A stretch of 64,000 bases of DNA from contig NC_045707.1 in assembly GCF_009834535.1 (NCBI RefSeq), positions 48,858,001 through 48,922,000 of the forward strand, in the 5' to 3' direction. Below, in pieces: positions 13,271 to 27,390 of this stretch. The translations under genes were made by a program, and so were the position numbers. A model generated the notes under the pieces. That model saw only the letters and a program-made list of their open reading frames with translations, was not told the origin of the DNA and searched no databases. The first letter of the stretch is position 1; every line of letters begins with the position of its first letter. Source of the stretch: Camelus ferus. Its lineage: Eukaryota.

Positions 13271-15628
13271 TGCTGGTTTCATTTAGATAACTCATGTTTT
13301 GAATAAAATGATTTTTTACTAACCTAATTATTTGTAGGAGGTTTTCCTGAAGAATGGGCCAGTATTTTACTCCAGGCTGGTGAGAAATGTCTTAATGCTC
13401 TAGGTGGTGTGTGTAAGAAGTTTATTAGCTTCTGCTGATTCAAAAATATTGAGGTTAGTAACTGGCAGGCAGCTCGCAAAGACGTGAAGTGCCCTCTTCC
13501 CTCCTTGGACAGACCTGCCATGTAGGTTGTCTGTGTGATTTCCCACGTGTCCTTCTCCATCTTCTTTCCCACAAAACAGAGCCAGTTCCAAGGAATCTCC
13601 CTGCCCCACAGAAACCCAGGCTTCTGTTGCCACTTTCACAAACAAGAACTGTTGCTTCTGAATCTTGGGACTGCACCAACTACTTAAGGACAAGCAGTGT
13701 TTATGGCTCTCTAATTGAGCTCTGCAACCACAAGGATCCTCTCTCCGTTACCCTGTTGGTCTTCACAGTTTGGACGATCCTGTCTCCTATTTAATAATTC
13801 AGGGTTGCTAGCTGATACATCTGTGATTTTATTCTTTTATTTGTATTTATTTTCTAGTGGACTTTATGTTCCTATTTCTTATCCTCCTTGTTGCCTCCGG
13901 ATTATTGCCAAGAAAAAGAGGCAGGCAATGATTATACTCGGCTGTATTAAAATAAAAATTTCACCCTTCCAGGAACTTTCTTTCCTTTTTTAACCTGTTT
14001 TATTTTCTTCATAACACATATCATTATTTAAAATTTATGGATATATTTTCTTTTTATTTGTGTGTCATTGCCACTTGAAAGTAGACAACAAAAGGAGCTG
14101 TTTTGACTGCTCAATTATTTCTGCATTTTCAGTGCATTGAACAACTCCTGACATTATAATTGATACATAATTGTTGAAGCAGTAAGAGTCCAGGAAATAA
14201 CTGTTTAAAACCTATACTTTCACCTACAAAAAACTAATCTTTCCTAAAAGCATGATACACAAGTGATTGTATGAGATACACATTTTAGCAGTTTACATAG
14301 GCCATTTTCAAATATATATTTTAATATGATGCACAGACAGCAATAGCAAAAACATGATTTCACAGAAATCATGAGATAGTAGGGGCTACACTTTTAAAAA
14401 ATGAAGTTGCATTTGATTTAATAAAAATATTACGTTTTCTATTTAAAACTTAATGGGTTTATATGGCCATGATAAAACTCGTTAAAGTGGTCTAGGAATA
14501 ATGTATGTCTGGAAAATACTATATTGATCCATATATTTAAGCATAACATTACCAGGCATACCAGCCTGGAGGACTAGGAAACTGGTGACATTTTCTTAAT
14601 CATTCAAACTGCAATGACTTCAATCTCCTACCTGCCCAGACAGCCTTTTCCCATGTCTTCTCTTACCATAACCCCCTGATGAGCCCCTGCCCTGCTGTCT
14701 TTTACTTGCTGGCCCCAGGAGAACAGGAACTCACATGGGCTTTTGAGGCAGCTCCACACTATTGACCCAAAAGGGACATGCAGAAGGACACAGCAGGTGT
14801 TATGTTTGTTTTCACTGGGTTTAGTTTCTTTTAAAGGGAGTGGCAGGCTTGAGAAGGGTAGGGAGAAATAAGTTGAATTTTGAATTTGTTTCTACTTTTC
14901 TTTCTTGCTTTCCTTTCCAGCACAGATTCTGTCTCCTGATGAGATCTGTTCTCAGATGTCTCTGCTAAGGAAAGCCATTAGAGGCTTCTCCCATAGCTTC
15001 TTCCACGTCTCCTTTCTTCCTCCCAAAGGGTAAGTTACTTATCTGGACATTTATCGTCATTTTGGGATAATGGAATAGACTGCTCAAAATGTTTACCAAA
15101 GAGCTCTGCTTTAAGGTGTCAGGAAGAAAATCAATTAAGAATAAAGTTTCACTTAATTTCTTATTTCTCAACATTCCCTGTACGTGGAGCTCCCTCAAAA
15201 AATCCACAAGGAAGAGGAATAGTAGTGGTCAGGACAGAATGTCAGGACAGATTTCCTTGGATATCTCATTAAATAACTCACACAGCAGTGTTAATTATAA
15301 TAAAATTCATCAAAAGTTATAGAATAATAACAATAGCAATCAATGTAAACAAAAATTACTATTTATAAATGCTTCCTGGGCTTTGGAAATTGTTCTAAAT
15401 ACGTTTAACATGCAATATGTCTTTTAAATATACTGTCTTCATGTTAACCCTATGAGAGTACAGTTTGGCCTGTTTTACAGAATAATCATCTAAGGTAAAA
15501 AGAGATTAAGTGAGTTTTTCAAGGTTACCTAGCCAGTAAACATTGACCTCAGGGGCCAACTAACACCAGAGCCAAGGCTCCTCACCCTTGTTAGGAATAA
15601 AATGCTCTGAAACCTTTAAATAAGGTAG

Positions 15629-16087
15629 TGTGATAGTTAATTTTACATGTCAACTTGGCTAGGCTAATTGCCCCATTGTTTGGTCAAATGCTAGTCTAGA
15701 TGTTTCTGTGATGGTGTTTTGTAGACCTGATTAAGCTCTAACGTCAGTTGACTTTAAGTCAGACAGATTATGTGGGTGGGGCTCACCAATCAGTTGAAGG
15801 CCTGTAGAAGGAAAAAAACTCAGGTTTTGAAGGGAGGAGGAAATTTGGCCTCAAGACTGTAATAATAGAAACTTTGCTTCAGTATTCAGTTTGTATTCTA
15901 CCTTGCAAATTTCAGATTCAAGGCTACAGCAATTACTGCCTGGAGTTCCAGCTTGCTGGCCTGCCCTAGGAATTTCAGGCTTGTCATCCCCCACAATTAT
16001 TTCAGCTAATTCCTTAAAATGGATCTCTATGGATTTACACATATATTCTATTGGTTCTGTTTCTCTGGAGAATCCTGACTGATGTAG
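15629..16087 (+). mobile_element. ERVL solo LTR (MLT2-like)
   Basis: Starts TGTGATAGTTAATTTTACATGTCAACTTGGCTAGGCT and ends TCTATTGGTTCTGTTTCTCTGGAGAATCCTGACTGATGTA, both typical MLT2 termini. Confidence 0.88.
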
Positions 16088-16627
16088 AGGACATTCACAC
16101 CTACTCTAACTTGTATCATGTGCATCACTGACATGTAAGGAATGGTGTGGGTCAAAAACCTGCTTAAATTAAACTATCACAGAACCCATAAATGGCATCT
16201 TCTTTTATTACATGCTGACTTGGGCTGGCCCTTATAAATCAAAGGAATTTTTTCATGCATACTTTCAGAGATCCTACGCTCTGCTTTGAAACTATGCATG
16301 CCTTTAAGATTTCAGGCAACTTCAAGGATATCTCCCTAGATTTCAAAGCGTAAATAAACCTTTCCTGGCCCATTCGCACTGCCCACAGCCTCCACACACT
16401 TGCTCCCAAATTCTTCTCGATTGAGGCAGATTCAGTTGCCTTCAATGAAAGCTCATCTGAGTTCCCTAGAAGAAGTATTTACCTATTGTACATTTTATTT
16501 TCCTAGAAGACCTTTAAACTGCTGGCCATTTTAGAGATTCTGAGGTTCCATGAGGGGTCTGTGCAATGATTTGTTGAATTTGAAAAGATTCACTATTACC
16601 TTTTTCCTGCTCAAGTTCCAAATTAAT

Positions 16628-16813
16628 TAGGGTTGACCATAAAATACAAGATACTCAGTTAATTTAAATTTCAGGTAAATAATGAATAATTTTTTCATTA
16701 AAAATATCCCAGATATTGCATGAGACAGGCTTACACCTTTAAAAAATGCCACTTACTTGAAATTCAAATTTCACCATGTTTCCTGTATTTCATTTCCCAA
16801 ATCTGGTAACACT
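16628..16813. mobile_element. MER53-like palindromic non-autonomous DNA transposon
   Basis: Inverted termini TAGGGTTGACCATAAAATACAAGA...AATTTAAATTTCAGGTAA and TTACTTGAAATTCAAATT...TCCTGTATTT...ATCTGGTAACACT. Confidence 0.75.
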
Positions 16814-17709
16814 CACTAATAATTTTAGAGGTATAATTGCAGAGTAACCTAAACAGAAGAGTCAAACATCACATTTGCTATTGATATAATAATCAGTAAT
16901 ATTGCCAAAATAATTAATAATTGCCAGAGTTTTGACTTTTATGTTTATAAGAATACTATAATAAATTATAATCATAAAAACTGATTAAAAAGCTTTGGCT
17001 TTTCCAGGTGGCATAGTTCAATAGACATTTTACCCTGAAACTGGTGGGGGCTGATGACAGATGACACTTTTCTTAACTTAAGAAATAATAATTTTGAAGA
17101 ATGAAAATTGTATTAAAAAAGAAAAAATGGTGTTATCTGTAATTTTAACACATCTAAACACCTAAACGATGTATTTCCCTCTAGTCTTGCGTTTGTGTGT
17201 GCATGTGTGTGTGCATGAACATTTACACAGAATGTGATCTAGATGTGCACGGACAGAGTGAAGAATTGGTATCATTGTCTCTCTGCTGCCTTCTGTCAAC
17301 CTCTCCAGTTCTGAAGTTCGTCATGTTTATTAATTTTTATTCTCTAAGACCTATGGGTGACTGGCATATCAGGACTGAATAAAGACTTCATGAATAAAGG
17401 AAGGGCTCTTCTGAAATGCTGAGTAGGAGAAAAGTCAGGAAAACCCAACAATAATCACCTACTGAGTGGCGTGTCATACAACCAGTGCTCAGTAAGTGGC
17501 GCCAGCACAAGAGCTGACAGAAGAGGTACTGAACAGTCACCAGTACCAAGTACTGTTTCCAAAATAGACACTTTGACCGTGTGAGGAAACAGTGACCCTG
17601 CTGGCCTTTCTGCATTTTACTTGGAGCTGATGTATTTCTACATTAATTTGACTCAATAAAACTGAATAACCTGAAGAGCCATACAATATCGATTTTGAAA
17701 TTATATTTT

Positions 17710-18210
17710 CTTCATTTAACAAACGTTGATTGGAGCCCTCCTTTGTTCCAGAGACAAAGCTAAACAGTGCACATCCAAAGGTGAGAGAATAAAGCATGAT
17801 TGTTGTCCCCGTGGAATTCCAGTTTTGTGGAAATTAAATTTGATAATACATCAACACAAAATATTCAATAACAAATATGGAAAAATAAAGCAGGATGCTA
17901 TGGAGAAGGAGAAGAAAAGGGGTATTTTTTGGAGGTATCAGGAATGCCTCTCCCAGACACAAATGATTGGTGGTGGGAGGAGAGTGCAAAGAAGACAAAG
18001 GGAACGACAGAGGTGAAGCACCTGAAACAGGAAAGCACATGGTGGGTGTATTAGGGGCACTGAATACTAATGTTGCTGAATCCTTGGCGAGCAAGGAACA
18101 CTGGCTGGAAAGACATTAGGCCATATCATAAAACATATTTCAGCTACATCAATGATTTTTTATTTAATTCTAAGCACAAGAAAGAGCCATTGCTTCATTG
18201 TAGACATCAA
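17710..18210 (-). mobile_element. L2 remnant
   Basis: TTCATTTAACAAACGTTGATTGGAGCCCTCCTTTGTTCCAG (antisense L2 tail) followed by a purine-rich L2 body. Confidence 0.55.
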
Positions 18211-19357
18211 CCATGTTATCAGAGAATTTCAAATAGTGTAAAATGATGCATGACAGACAATTTAAAGAAACTCAGACCAATGCATTAAGTAGAAATATAA
18301 ATTTTATAGTCCTTTAAATGAAAAGTTCCCTAGCTGTCATAAACAAATTGTTCATATTTTCTCTTCTAGAGAAAAACATTTATAATTTTTTGAGGCATTT
18401 ACTTGGTATTTAAATTGTAATAAAGAAGATTAAATAGAATTAAATAGTTAACTTTCTTTTTGTTAATGATCTTGGCAATTAAATAGTAATAAAAAAAAAG
18501 TCTTAAAAATGATTATAACCAAGGAAGCTATGAGACAAGGAGAGAAAAAGTAGCAACTAATAGACGCTGTATCGAATGCTATCTGAAGCGGCAAACACTG
18601 GGGTAAAATTAATGTTTGAGGCACAGAAAGGGTGAAAGCTGGATGACATTTTGGGATCAGAACCAAGCTTGGAGCAAAAAGCCTATTCACCTACACCCGC
18701 CATGAAGGCCAAGATGAAAAATATATCATCTTGTAAACAACTCCATGAATTAACTTATTCAGTCTAGAACAAGTGAGTTAACAGAGTTAGACAACGTAAA
18801 GTAACCCCAGCCAAGAGAAGACTAGATATTAATTGTAACAGAGCCAAGAAACATAAGAGTTAGAAAACTTGGTGGCGAAGTGTTAAGACTGCTGGCACTT
18901 ATATGTATGTGTAGACCTTAAAGGTTAGAAGTCAGAAAATATTCTCTATTAAGAACATAAATGTGCTGTGTAATACAGTTTCCTGCTCTGATAAAAGCCT
19001 CTTTTGATTTCAAATGTTTTCCTTTAGCAAATATTTGCTAAAGGACACAAAACTTCTCAAATAGGCATATAATGTACACAGTGTGTGGGTTATCCCTGAA
19101 GATTAATGTAGGAGCCCATCCATAACTAAAGTAGCAACAGTGGGACGGGTAGTACCCATAATAATATTTACCTCATTTTAACGTGGTCGATCTTTAATCT
19201 GGCACGATACTGTATATTTAGTCTAAGTTCTTTCTACATCAGTAGAATTCCATAAAGACATATACTCCAAGAACAGTGCCTGAGATATAACAGGTACATA
19301 AAAATAAGGCAAATTGTGAGTAAATTAATATATTAATTTTTGTTGGTGTGAAACAAA

Positions 19358-21590
19358 AAGACTGAATATTATTTTTAGAACAGTTCTGGATTTACAGAAA
19401 AATTGAGCATATGGTACAGAGATTTTCCATGTTACTCTCTCCCACCCCCTGTACACATTTCCTCTATTATTATTATCTTGTATTAGTGTGGAAAATTTAT
19501 TATAATAAATGAACCAATATTGATACATTATTATTAACTAAAGTCCATCATGTACTTCAAGGTTCACCATTTGTACTATACAGTGCTATATAGGTTTTGG
19601 CAAATGCACAGTGTCATCTATCTACCTTTACAGTATCATACAAATTAGTCTCCCTGCCCTAAAAATCCCCTCTGCTTCACCTCTTAACCCCTACCCACTC
19701 CCTCTACTCCCCTGGCAACCACTGATCTTTTTACTGTCTCTACAGTTTTCTCTTTTCCAGAATGTCATACAGTTGGAATCATACAATATGCACACTTTTA
19801 AGATTGGCTGCTTTCATTTAGCAATGTGTATTCAAATTTCTTCCATGTCTATTTATGGTTTGATAGCTCACTTTTTAAAATCATTTTAATACTGCTCCAT
19901 TATATGAATGTATTCACTGTTCATACATTCACCTTTGAAGGATATCTTCATTGCTCCCAGTTTTTGGTGATTACAAAGAAAACTGCTGTAAACAGAGTAT
20001 CCTCAACTCCTCTCCCTCTCTTATAGCATACAGTCATTTATTTTGCTTGTCTATATGCTATAATCACCTAAAACATTTTTGCCATGATTACTTAAACAAA
20101 TCATTATCTATTAAATAAATAAAGAATAAGAGAAATAAAAGATTTTATATTATGGTCATTTCCTTCTCTTATGCTCTTCCTTTCTTTAGGTAGATCCAAG
20201 TTTCTGACCTATATTACTCTTCTCTTGTTTAGCAGTTTTCTCTTTTAACATTTTTTGCAAGGCAGATCTACTGGCAAGAGTAGATTTTATGTTTGCTTTA
20301 AAAAGTCTTTATTTCTCCTTCACTTTTGAAAGATATATTAAACAAATACATAATTCTAGGATTTGGGTTTTTTTCCCTCCAACACTTCAAATATTTCACT
20401 CCATTCTCTCCTTGTTTGCATGGTTTCTGACTAAAAGTCCAATGTACTTCTTATTCTTATTCCTTTAAAAAGAAGTTTCCTCTACTGTGTAAGAATTTTT
20501 TCATGGTTTTCTCTTTGTCTTTGGTTTTATGCTGTTTGCAAATGCCTAGGTGTTGATTTTGCTTATTGTTTTTCCAATTTCCTGAATCTGTAGTTTGGTG
20601 TCTACAAATAATTTTGGAAAATTCTATTAGTACTTCAAATATCTCTTCTATTCCTTTCTGTCCTTCTCCTTCTCATGTTTTTATTTACATATGTTACATC
20701 TTTTGTAATTATCCCACATTTCTTGTATTTCATGTCTTTATTTTTTTTTAAATCTGCATTGCACTTTTGAGTTTCTCTTGGCATATCTCCAGGATCACTG
20801 ACTCTTTGCCATATTTACTCTACTAATGAGCCCATCAAAAGCATTCTTCATTTCTGTGACAGTGCCTATAATTTCTAGAACTTCCTTCTGATTCTTTCTT
20901 GGAATTTCTATCTCTTTGCTTACATTACCTATCTCTTCTTGCAAGTTGTCTACTTTTCCAGCAGAGTCTTTAACATATTAATCATAATTGTTTAAATTTT
21001 CTATCTGATTATTTCAAAATTTATGTCATATCAGAGCCATGTTTGGGTACTTGTTTTGCTTTGTCTCTTCAGACTTTTTTTTTTTTAATCTTTTAGCATG
21101 CCTTGTAATTTTTTGTTGAAAGCTGGGCATGATGTATTGAGTAATAGGCACTGAGGTTGTTAAGCTTTTAGCGTGAGGTTTTATGTTAATCTGGCTCGGA
21201 GCTGGGTTGTGTTAATTTTTGCCATAACTGTAGGTGCCAGAAGCCTCAATTTTCTCTAGTTTCCTTGTCAGGCATTTTCCTTCCTGTTGCCTTTGGGTTT
21301 CCCTAAGAATTCTTCTTAAATAAAGTCTGTGACTCTCACTTGTAATCTGTTGCTTTTATAATGAATTCCTGTCGATGTGGTGGTAAAGTGTTGGGAAGAG
21401 TAAGCATTATATATTCTTATAATTAAATCTCAGATTATTAGACCTTAGCCCCTGGGATGAGATCTTCAGAACATTCCTTAGCTCTTTTCTCATTCTCTAT
21501 TAGAGACAACAAGGCTAGCATGGCCTGGGGTTGGCTGATTGCCTTTTTCTCAAGTCAGAAAGAGCAACTTCCCATGGAGGGAGGCCATTA
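19358..21590 (-). mobile_element. L1MC-type LINE: 3' UTR (~19358-19995) joined to a 5'/ORF1-region remnant (~20000-21590)
   Basis: TTTAGAACAGTTCTGGATTTACAGAAAAATTGAGC, ATTGATACATTATTATTAACTAAAGTCCAT, CCCCTGGCAACCACTGATCT; then TACTAATGAGCCCATCAAAAGCATTCTTCATTTCTG. Confidence 0.8.
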
Positions 21591-21639
21591 TTAATTACCC
21601 TTTGGGTATATTTTAAAATATTTACTAAAAACTGTAGAA

Positions 21640-22185
21640 GAGTGGTAGAGTTAAGAAAGTACATTAAAAAAAAGAGTGAAATAATAAAGAATTGACTAAG
21701 GTGAAAAATGCTGCTGATGGAATAAAGCAAGATGAGTTTCAACACAACATAATTATTATTCCAGAAAAGTGATTACAATAAATTAAACAAAAATAAAAAT
21801 TCAAAAATGCTAGAAGAGATTTTTCCTGAAGTTAAGAATGCAATTAACATGAAAGTGAAAAATGCACCTTCTTTTCCTGGAAAGATTGATACAAACCCAC
21901 AAAGGCCAAGCCATCCTTTGGTGATGTGACCAAAGGTTCAGTCTAGAAAACATCATATGAGCCTCCAGAGAGAAAGAGTAAGTGACCTAAACAGTGGAAA
22001 ATAATTAGGCTGGCTTCAGACTTTTTCCACTGCAACCTTTAGTGCCAGAAGACAATGAAGCAATGTCTCAATGTTCTAAGAAAAATATGACCTAAGAATA
22101 TCCTACCAAACAATTTATCCTTAGAGTAAAAAGTTCAGACATTTTCAAACATGCAAGGACTCAGGGAACACAGCACACATGAGAT
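21640..22185 (+). mobile_element. HAL1/old L1 ORF1-like remnant
   Basis: A-rich sense strand with ATTAGGCTGGCTTCAGACTTTTTCCACTGCAAC...GCCAGAAGACAATGAAGCAATG. Confidence 0.55.
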
Positions 22186-23444
22186 AGAAATGAATATAGT
22201 TAAAAAAAGAATTGTACCAAATTGTATATCCCAAAATAAGGCAGATGTGCAAAAAAAAAAAGAATGGATTATTAGTATTAAATACTACTGTGCATATATC
22301 TAACGTCACACATCTGTGACATAATATTGTATAATGAGATGAAGAAATGGTCTGGATCCACATCTCAAATTATAGTTTCAACTCTGACATATTTTAGGTA
22401 TATAATCTTGGGCAAATTAACAATATGAACTATTTCATGAGGTTTTTATGAAATGTGTTATAATATGCAAATAAAACTGCAAGACACATTAGAACCCCTC
22501 AAAATATGTTAGATAAGGCAAGCAACAGTATGTCATCAGACAATAGGAAAAATGACCATTCTCTGCCAAGTAAAAACATAACAGGAAAATGGAAAGTACA
22601 AATGCGAATAAGTACATACAAATTAGAAATATTTTTAAAAGATTTAAGTCAATATTTTTCATAATTTTAAATCTTTAAATGGATAACTTTGAATATTTTG
22701 GGGTAAAATGTCTATCAAACTTTTACCAATTCCTTCAATTAAAGTTCAGTAAATTTTTCTCATATTAAATAAAGGTAGAGCTAAATATTTTTAATAAAAT
22801 ATATAATATCATTTTATTATGTTATAAATATTATATCTATTATGTCATTTCTTTTTTATCTGTACATATGCAGAAATAATAACATTTGGGGTGGTAAGCA
22901 TTTGGATGATTATTTGACCTTTTTCTTAAAACTTAACTACAGTCCCTGAATTTTTATAATGATGAATCTATACAATTTGTACCAAAATAATAAGCCTTTT
23001 AAAAGTGTAACATAAAAGGACAAATAAAAAATAATTCAGAGTCTAAATTATGATAAAATAACCATTAACAGTATCTATAATTGTTATTTTAATTTTTTAC
23101 TGATTAAGCATGAGTTAACATGAAAATAATATGGAAGATACAGTATACCATAAAATATGAATAAAGCAGAGATTTAATGATACTGCCAAAACATCTTGTT
23201 TACCAATGATTTGTTGATACCCTACATCCAATTCTTTTAGAAGACATATAAGAATCAGAAATTTAGCAAAAGAAAGCTCAGCGAAAATAGTTTTCAAAAA
23301 GTCTATGCAGAAATGTTCAAAGACTTTGCTACTCATGATTAATTCACTTTTCTTTCACTAGTCTTTACTGGGAACCACTCTTCACTCTCTTTTCAGCCTG
23401 TTGCAAACTCAAGGATAAAGCATTTGGCCACAGGTCTGAGTCTG

Positions 23445-23730
23445 TTCATTAACTCATTCAACAAATATTTATTGAATGACTAACATGTGCTATGGACTAG
23501 AAGTACGGCAATAAACAAAACAGATAAACTATGTTCTGTGGAGATAACATTCTAGTGGAGAAAATAAATAAACTAATAACTAACGCATTAATGTCAGATA
23601 GTTATGAGTGTTATAAAGAAGTTGGTCCTCTTTTAGGTGGAGTGGCCAGGGAAAGAGTAACTGAACAGGAAACATTTAAGCTGAGACTCCAATGAGGTAA
23701 GGGTTAGCCAAATAGACGTGATTTGTCCCA
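23445..23730 (-). mobile_element. L2 3' fragment
   Basis: TTCATTAACTCATTCAACAAATATTTATTGAATGACTAACATGTGC is the canonical antisense L2 terminus. Confidence 0.75.
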
Positions 23731-24249
23731 GCTCCATTGGTCTTTTTTTTTTTTTTTGCCTGTCTGTTTGTTTCTTTTTTGAGTGAGGAGTTTGTGATCT
23801 GATCAGAATCAACAGCACAAAGGGAAATAGCTTCCTGGGTTGTGAAAAAAATTACTTTTTTTCTAAGTCAGTTTGGTCTTGAGTATTTTTATACTTCTAT
23901 CCAGGAGTCCTAAGTGGTAGGGAAACTCTCTAAGGTTCTCATGAAAGTCTGTACTATGTATCTTTGTGTGTGACACAAGGAAATCTTAGCAAGTAAACAT
24001 AAAACCTAGCTGCATAAGGCCATTTAACAGCTTGAAAAGTGTCACTGGACAGCTTGGCAGTTAGGTACAACAGGAAAAAATATTTTTAAATAGGAGAGGG
24101 AAAGGCATCAATTTAGCATGTTAGCCAAGAACCAATTATCGTAAGTGGAAGTAATCCTATATATCTTAGGATAGCCCAAGCAAATCATTATAGTTTATCA
24201 AGTGGTTATTTATTCCTTTGAATTACTCTGCATTTCATTCACAGGGTCA

Positions 24250-27200
24250 ATCATTAATTAATTGATTCATTCAGAAAACACTGAGTGCAAATTGTGGGCC
24301 AAGGGCTATTTTAGACATTAAAGATACAACTGTGAATCTGACCAGTAAAGTTTATGCACCATGCAGTTTATATTCACCTGGGAGAGACACATATAAGAAC
24401 AGAAAATTACAATAGCAGGTTGTAAAAAGTACTATGAAAAACAACTGTGATGAGGCATCACCTTCCTTCCCATGAAGGAAGAGGATCTACTTTGACAGGG
24501 AGGGGGGCCAGGGAAAGCAAGCCCCTTTGAAGTGATATCTATGCAGAAGTGTGAACAGTTGAAAAAGGGAGTTCTAAAATAAGGGGCAACAATATCAAGG
24601 GCAACATTTTGAGGAAACAATGATTCAAGAATAGAGCGGTCATCCATCTGACTGTAGCAGAGTGACTGAGGGAGAGGTGCTTTGGCTGAGCTTGGAGAAG
24701 CAGGTCAGCTCCAGCTGATGGGGAGCTTTCCGGGACATGGCTCAGGAGTTTAGATTTTGTTCAAAGAGGAATATAAAGGTACTAAATGTTTTCAGTGAAA
24801 AAACATGGAGTTTTTTTTGTATTTACATTTTAAATGACTTTTTGCTGATATTTGGAGAGGGAATGATAGAGCCACAAAAAACGAAGCAAGACGACACAGT
24901 AGTATGTGTTTTTGGTAGTCCAGGTGAGAGAGGATGGCAGAATGTATTTTAAGCAGAACTCTCTCTTTGATAGATTGGATAGCGAAGAAATACGAAGGAA
25001 ATGGGAAAAAAACACTACAATTTTAAGGCTTTGGGCTGGAGCCAACTAGAGAGGTGTGATATCATTTAATAAAATGTGAAGTAGAGGAACAAAGTTTAGG
25101 GTGGGTTCAAAGGCCATTATTTTAGTCACACTGTGATTTTCCAATTAGACATCCAAATAAAGGTGTCAAGTTCTAAGCAGTCAATGACATAGAGTGAACT
25201 CTGTGGCTGGAGATGTAACTTTAGAAGATTTTAAATAAGGTAGGTGGTTCAGTGTTGTGGTAAAGAACTTGGGGTTTGCTGCCAGATGGCTTCAGCTTTG
25301 ATTTTGGCTCTGCCTCTTACTAGCTGAAGTCACTTAATCTCCCTGGACCTTAGTTACTTCTCCAGTGAGGATGATAAACAATGCCAGGCACATAATGAAC
25401 ATTCAGAATGGTAGTTATTATTAAAATTACTCTTGTTTTTGTTATAATTTTAGAATGGAAACAGATGAGATCACTCAAGGACTAAAACCTGAGATACTCC
25501 AACATTCATAGGCTGGGTAAAGAAGGAGAAGGCTGACAAATGAGAATTGAGAGGGCATAGCCAACAACGTAGGGGAAAAAAACCACACTGAAACCAAAGT
25601 GGGCTGCTGGGACTGCAATTAAGACAAAGCCAGAAAATTACCCATACCAAGCCCAAACTGCAGTAGAATGAAAAGTGAATGGGAAAAAGAGCAAGAACAA
25701 ACAGCAAATGCATACCATTTGCTTGAGATATTTTTCTGTAAAAGGGGACATAGAAATGGGATAGTAGTAGGATAGAAAGTGGAGTCCAAAAGCCATTATT
25801 TTTTGAAGATAAGACATAATAGCTGAACTCATAATTGAAGAATCTGTAGGATGACTCAAGTCTATAGGTACATTTTTGGACTCTGGAATGCTTTACAATA
25901 ATTTGATTTTGAATTTTTTAGAATTGGCATGTGCTCTGACAGTTACTACCAGATTGTATTTTATACTTTCATTCAGTTCACTTGTGTTATATAGAATGCC
26001 TGCCTGACCCTTGCACAGAGCATGTGTATTGGTACTTAGAATTGACCTAGCAGAGCAGGGAGATACTGAGAGATAATTAAAGGAGATAGATCTAGAGAAG
26101 AGGAAAGGGAATAAGATCCAGTGCACCATTGGGGGAATTTACTTTTAACTTCTTGCATAGTCTCAGAAGGGAAAACAAAAAAGACATGTACAAGTGCAGG
26201 TGGATTTGATAGAGGAAAGTTAATTGAACGTTTCTCTGATGACTTTTACCATCACTCTGTTGATGTGCCGAGAGGAGACAAGGAATATAAGATGTTTAAC
26301 GGAGTAAATGTTATCATGTAGTCATCTTAGAGTGCTGGGAAGAGGATCAACAGCAGAAATACAATAGATCAGCTGGTCAGGCTTGAAGCTTATCTTTAAG
26401 AATTTAAAGTGACACCGATCATTGTCATATGTGATTTTCACTAGGACAATACAGCTGTTCAGATGCAAGAGAGAAGGGAGTTGGGAGTTGCATTCAACCA
26501 AAATGGGAGTTTTCCCAGATGAGTATGATGGAAGGAAAAGAAGAAAGAGAGCAGAAAGTACTTGAAAGGGAGTAATTATGATAAAGGTCCAACATATCTA
26601 AAGTTAAGGAGGGACCTGAAGATACGAGATGTAACAAACAGTGAAAAAGAGATGGAGTCTGGAATAAAGTTCTCATGAGACAAAAGGAAAAATAGTAACA
26701 ATACCCCACTAGTAGGGCTATGTAATGCCTGGTGATGACAAGCTAGAGGGTGTGACAACGATGGTGGGTAACTTTACACGAGATAACAAGGCAACTACTA
26801 GACCACCATGAAAGATGGATTGTGCACATGGAAGCACGTCACTGGAAATGATGACAGGGTATCAGTGGAGGGTATGAGTGAGCCAGGAGCAAAACCCATC
26901 GACAAGGAGACACTGGACTAGGAGGTCAGCAGTTGATGACAGGGAAGCTATTGTAGATGATTAAACCAAATGTCATGAGTTTCAGAATGGAAGGAAGTTT
27001 TTTTGAAAGAGTAAAGAGAAAAAAAATCATTTAGAAGAGCAAAATGTAGAGCAGGGCCACATCCCTCCATGTTTGAGTTAACGTGAGTGAAGAAGAGAAA
27101 GCAGCCACTACTTTGAAGGACTGCAGTGTAAAACCTTGGTCAGGATTCTCTTAAGGTGAAGAAAGCAAAGGGGAATTTACCAACAGAAACTGAGGACAAA

Positions 27201-27390
27201 GTAGAATTTTTAGATAGAGATCAGGATTTTTCAGATTGCAGATCAGGCCTGAAAGATTCTGGAGAAGGAGACTGGATAAAATTTGGGGATACAGGCAGCA
27301 CAGTGTATTTGGGTTTATGGTGATGCTGGAAGACCCAGGGATTTGGGCTTCTACTGATGAGGAGGTCTCTGCGGACATGTGGGAATGCTT
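24250..27390 (-). mobile_element. Long degraded L2 (a MIR is inserted at ~25245-25420); extent uncertain beyond ~26100
   Basis: L2 tail ATTGATTCATTCAGAAAACACTGAGTG, then purine-rich body motifs TAGTCCAGGTGAGAGAGGATGG, ATTAGACATCCAAAT and AGGACTAAAACCTGAGATACTCCAACATT. Confidence 0.6.

Noticed and set aside
13324..13993. Several overlapping ORFs in a more GC-rich patch
   Set aside because: No protein similarity. It adjoins antisense L1 fragments and is probably old repeat sequence.
14353..14373. 9-bp stem hairpin CATGATTTC-ACA-GAAATCATG
   Set aside because: A stem this short is expected by chance in 64 kb of AT-rich DNA.
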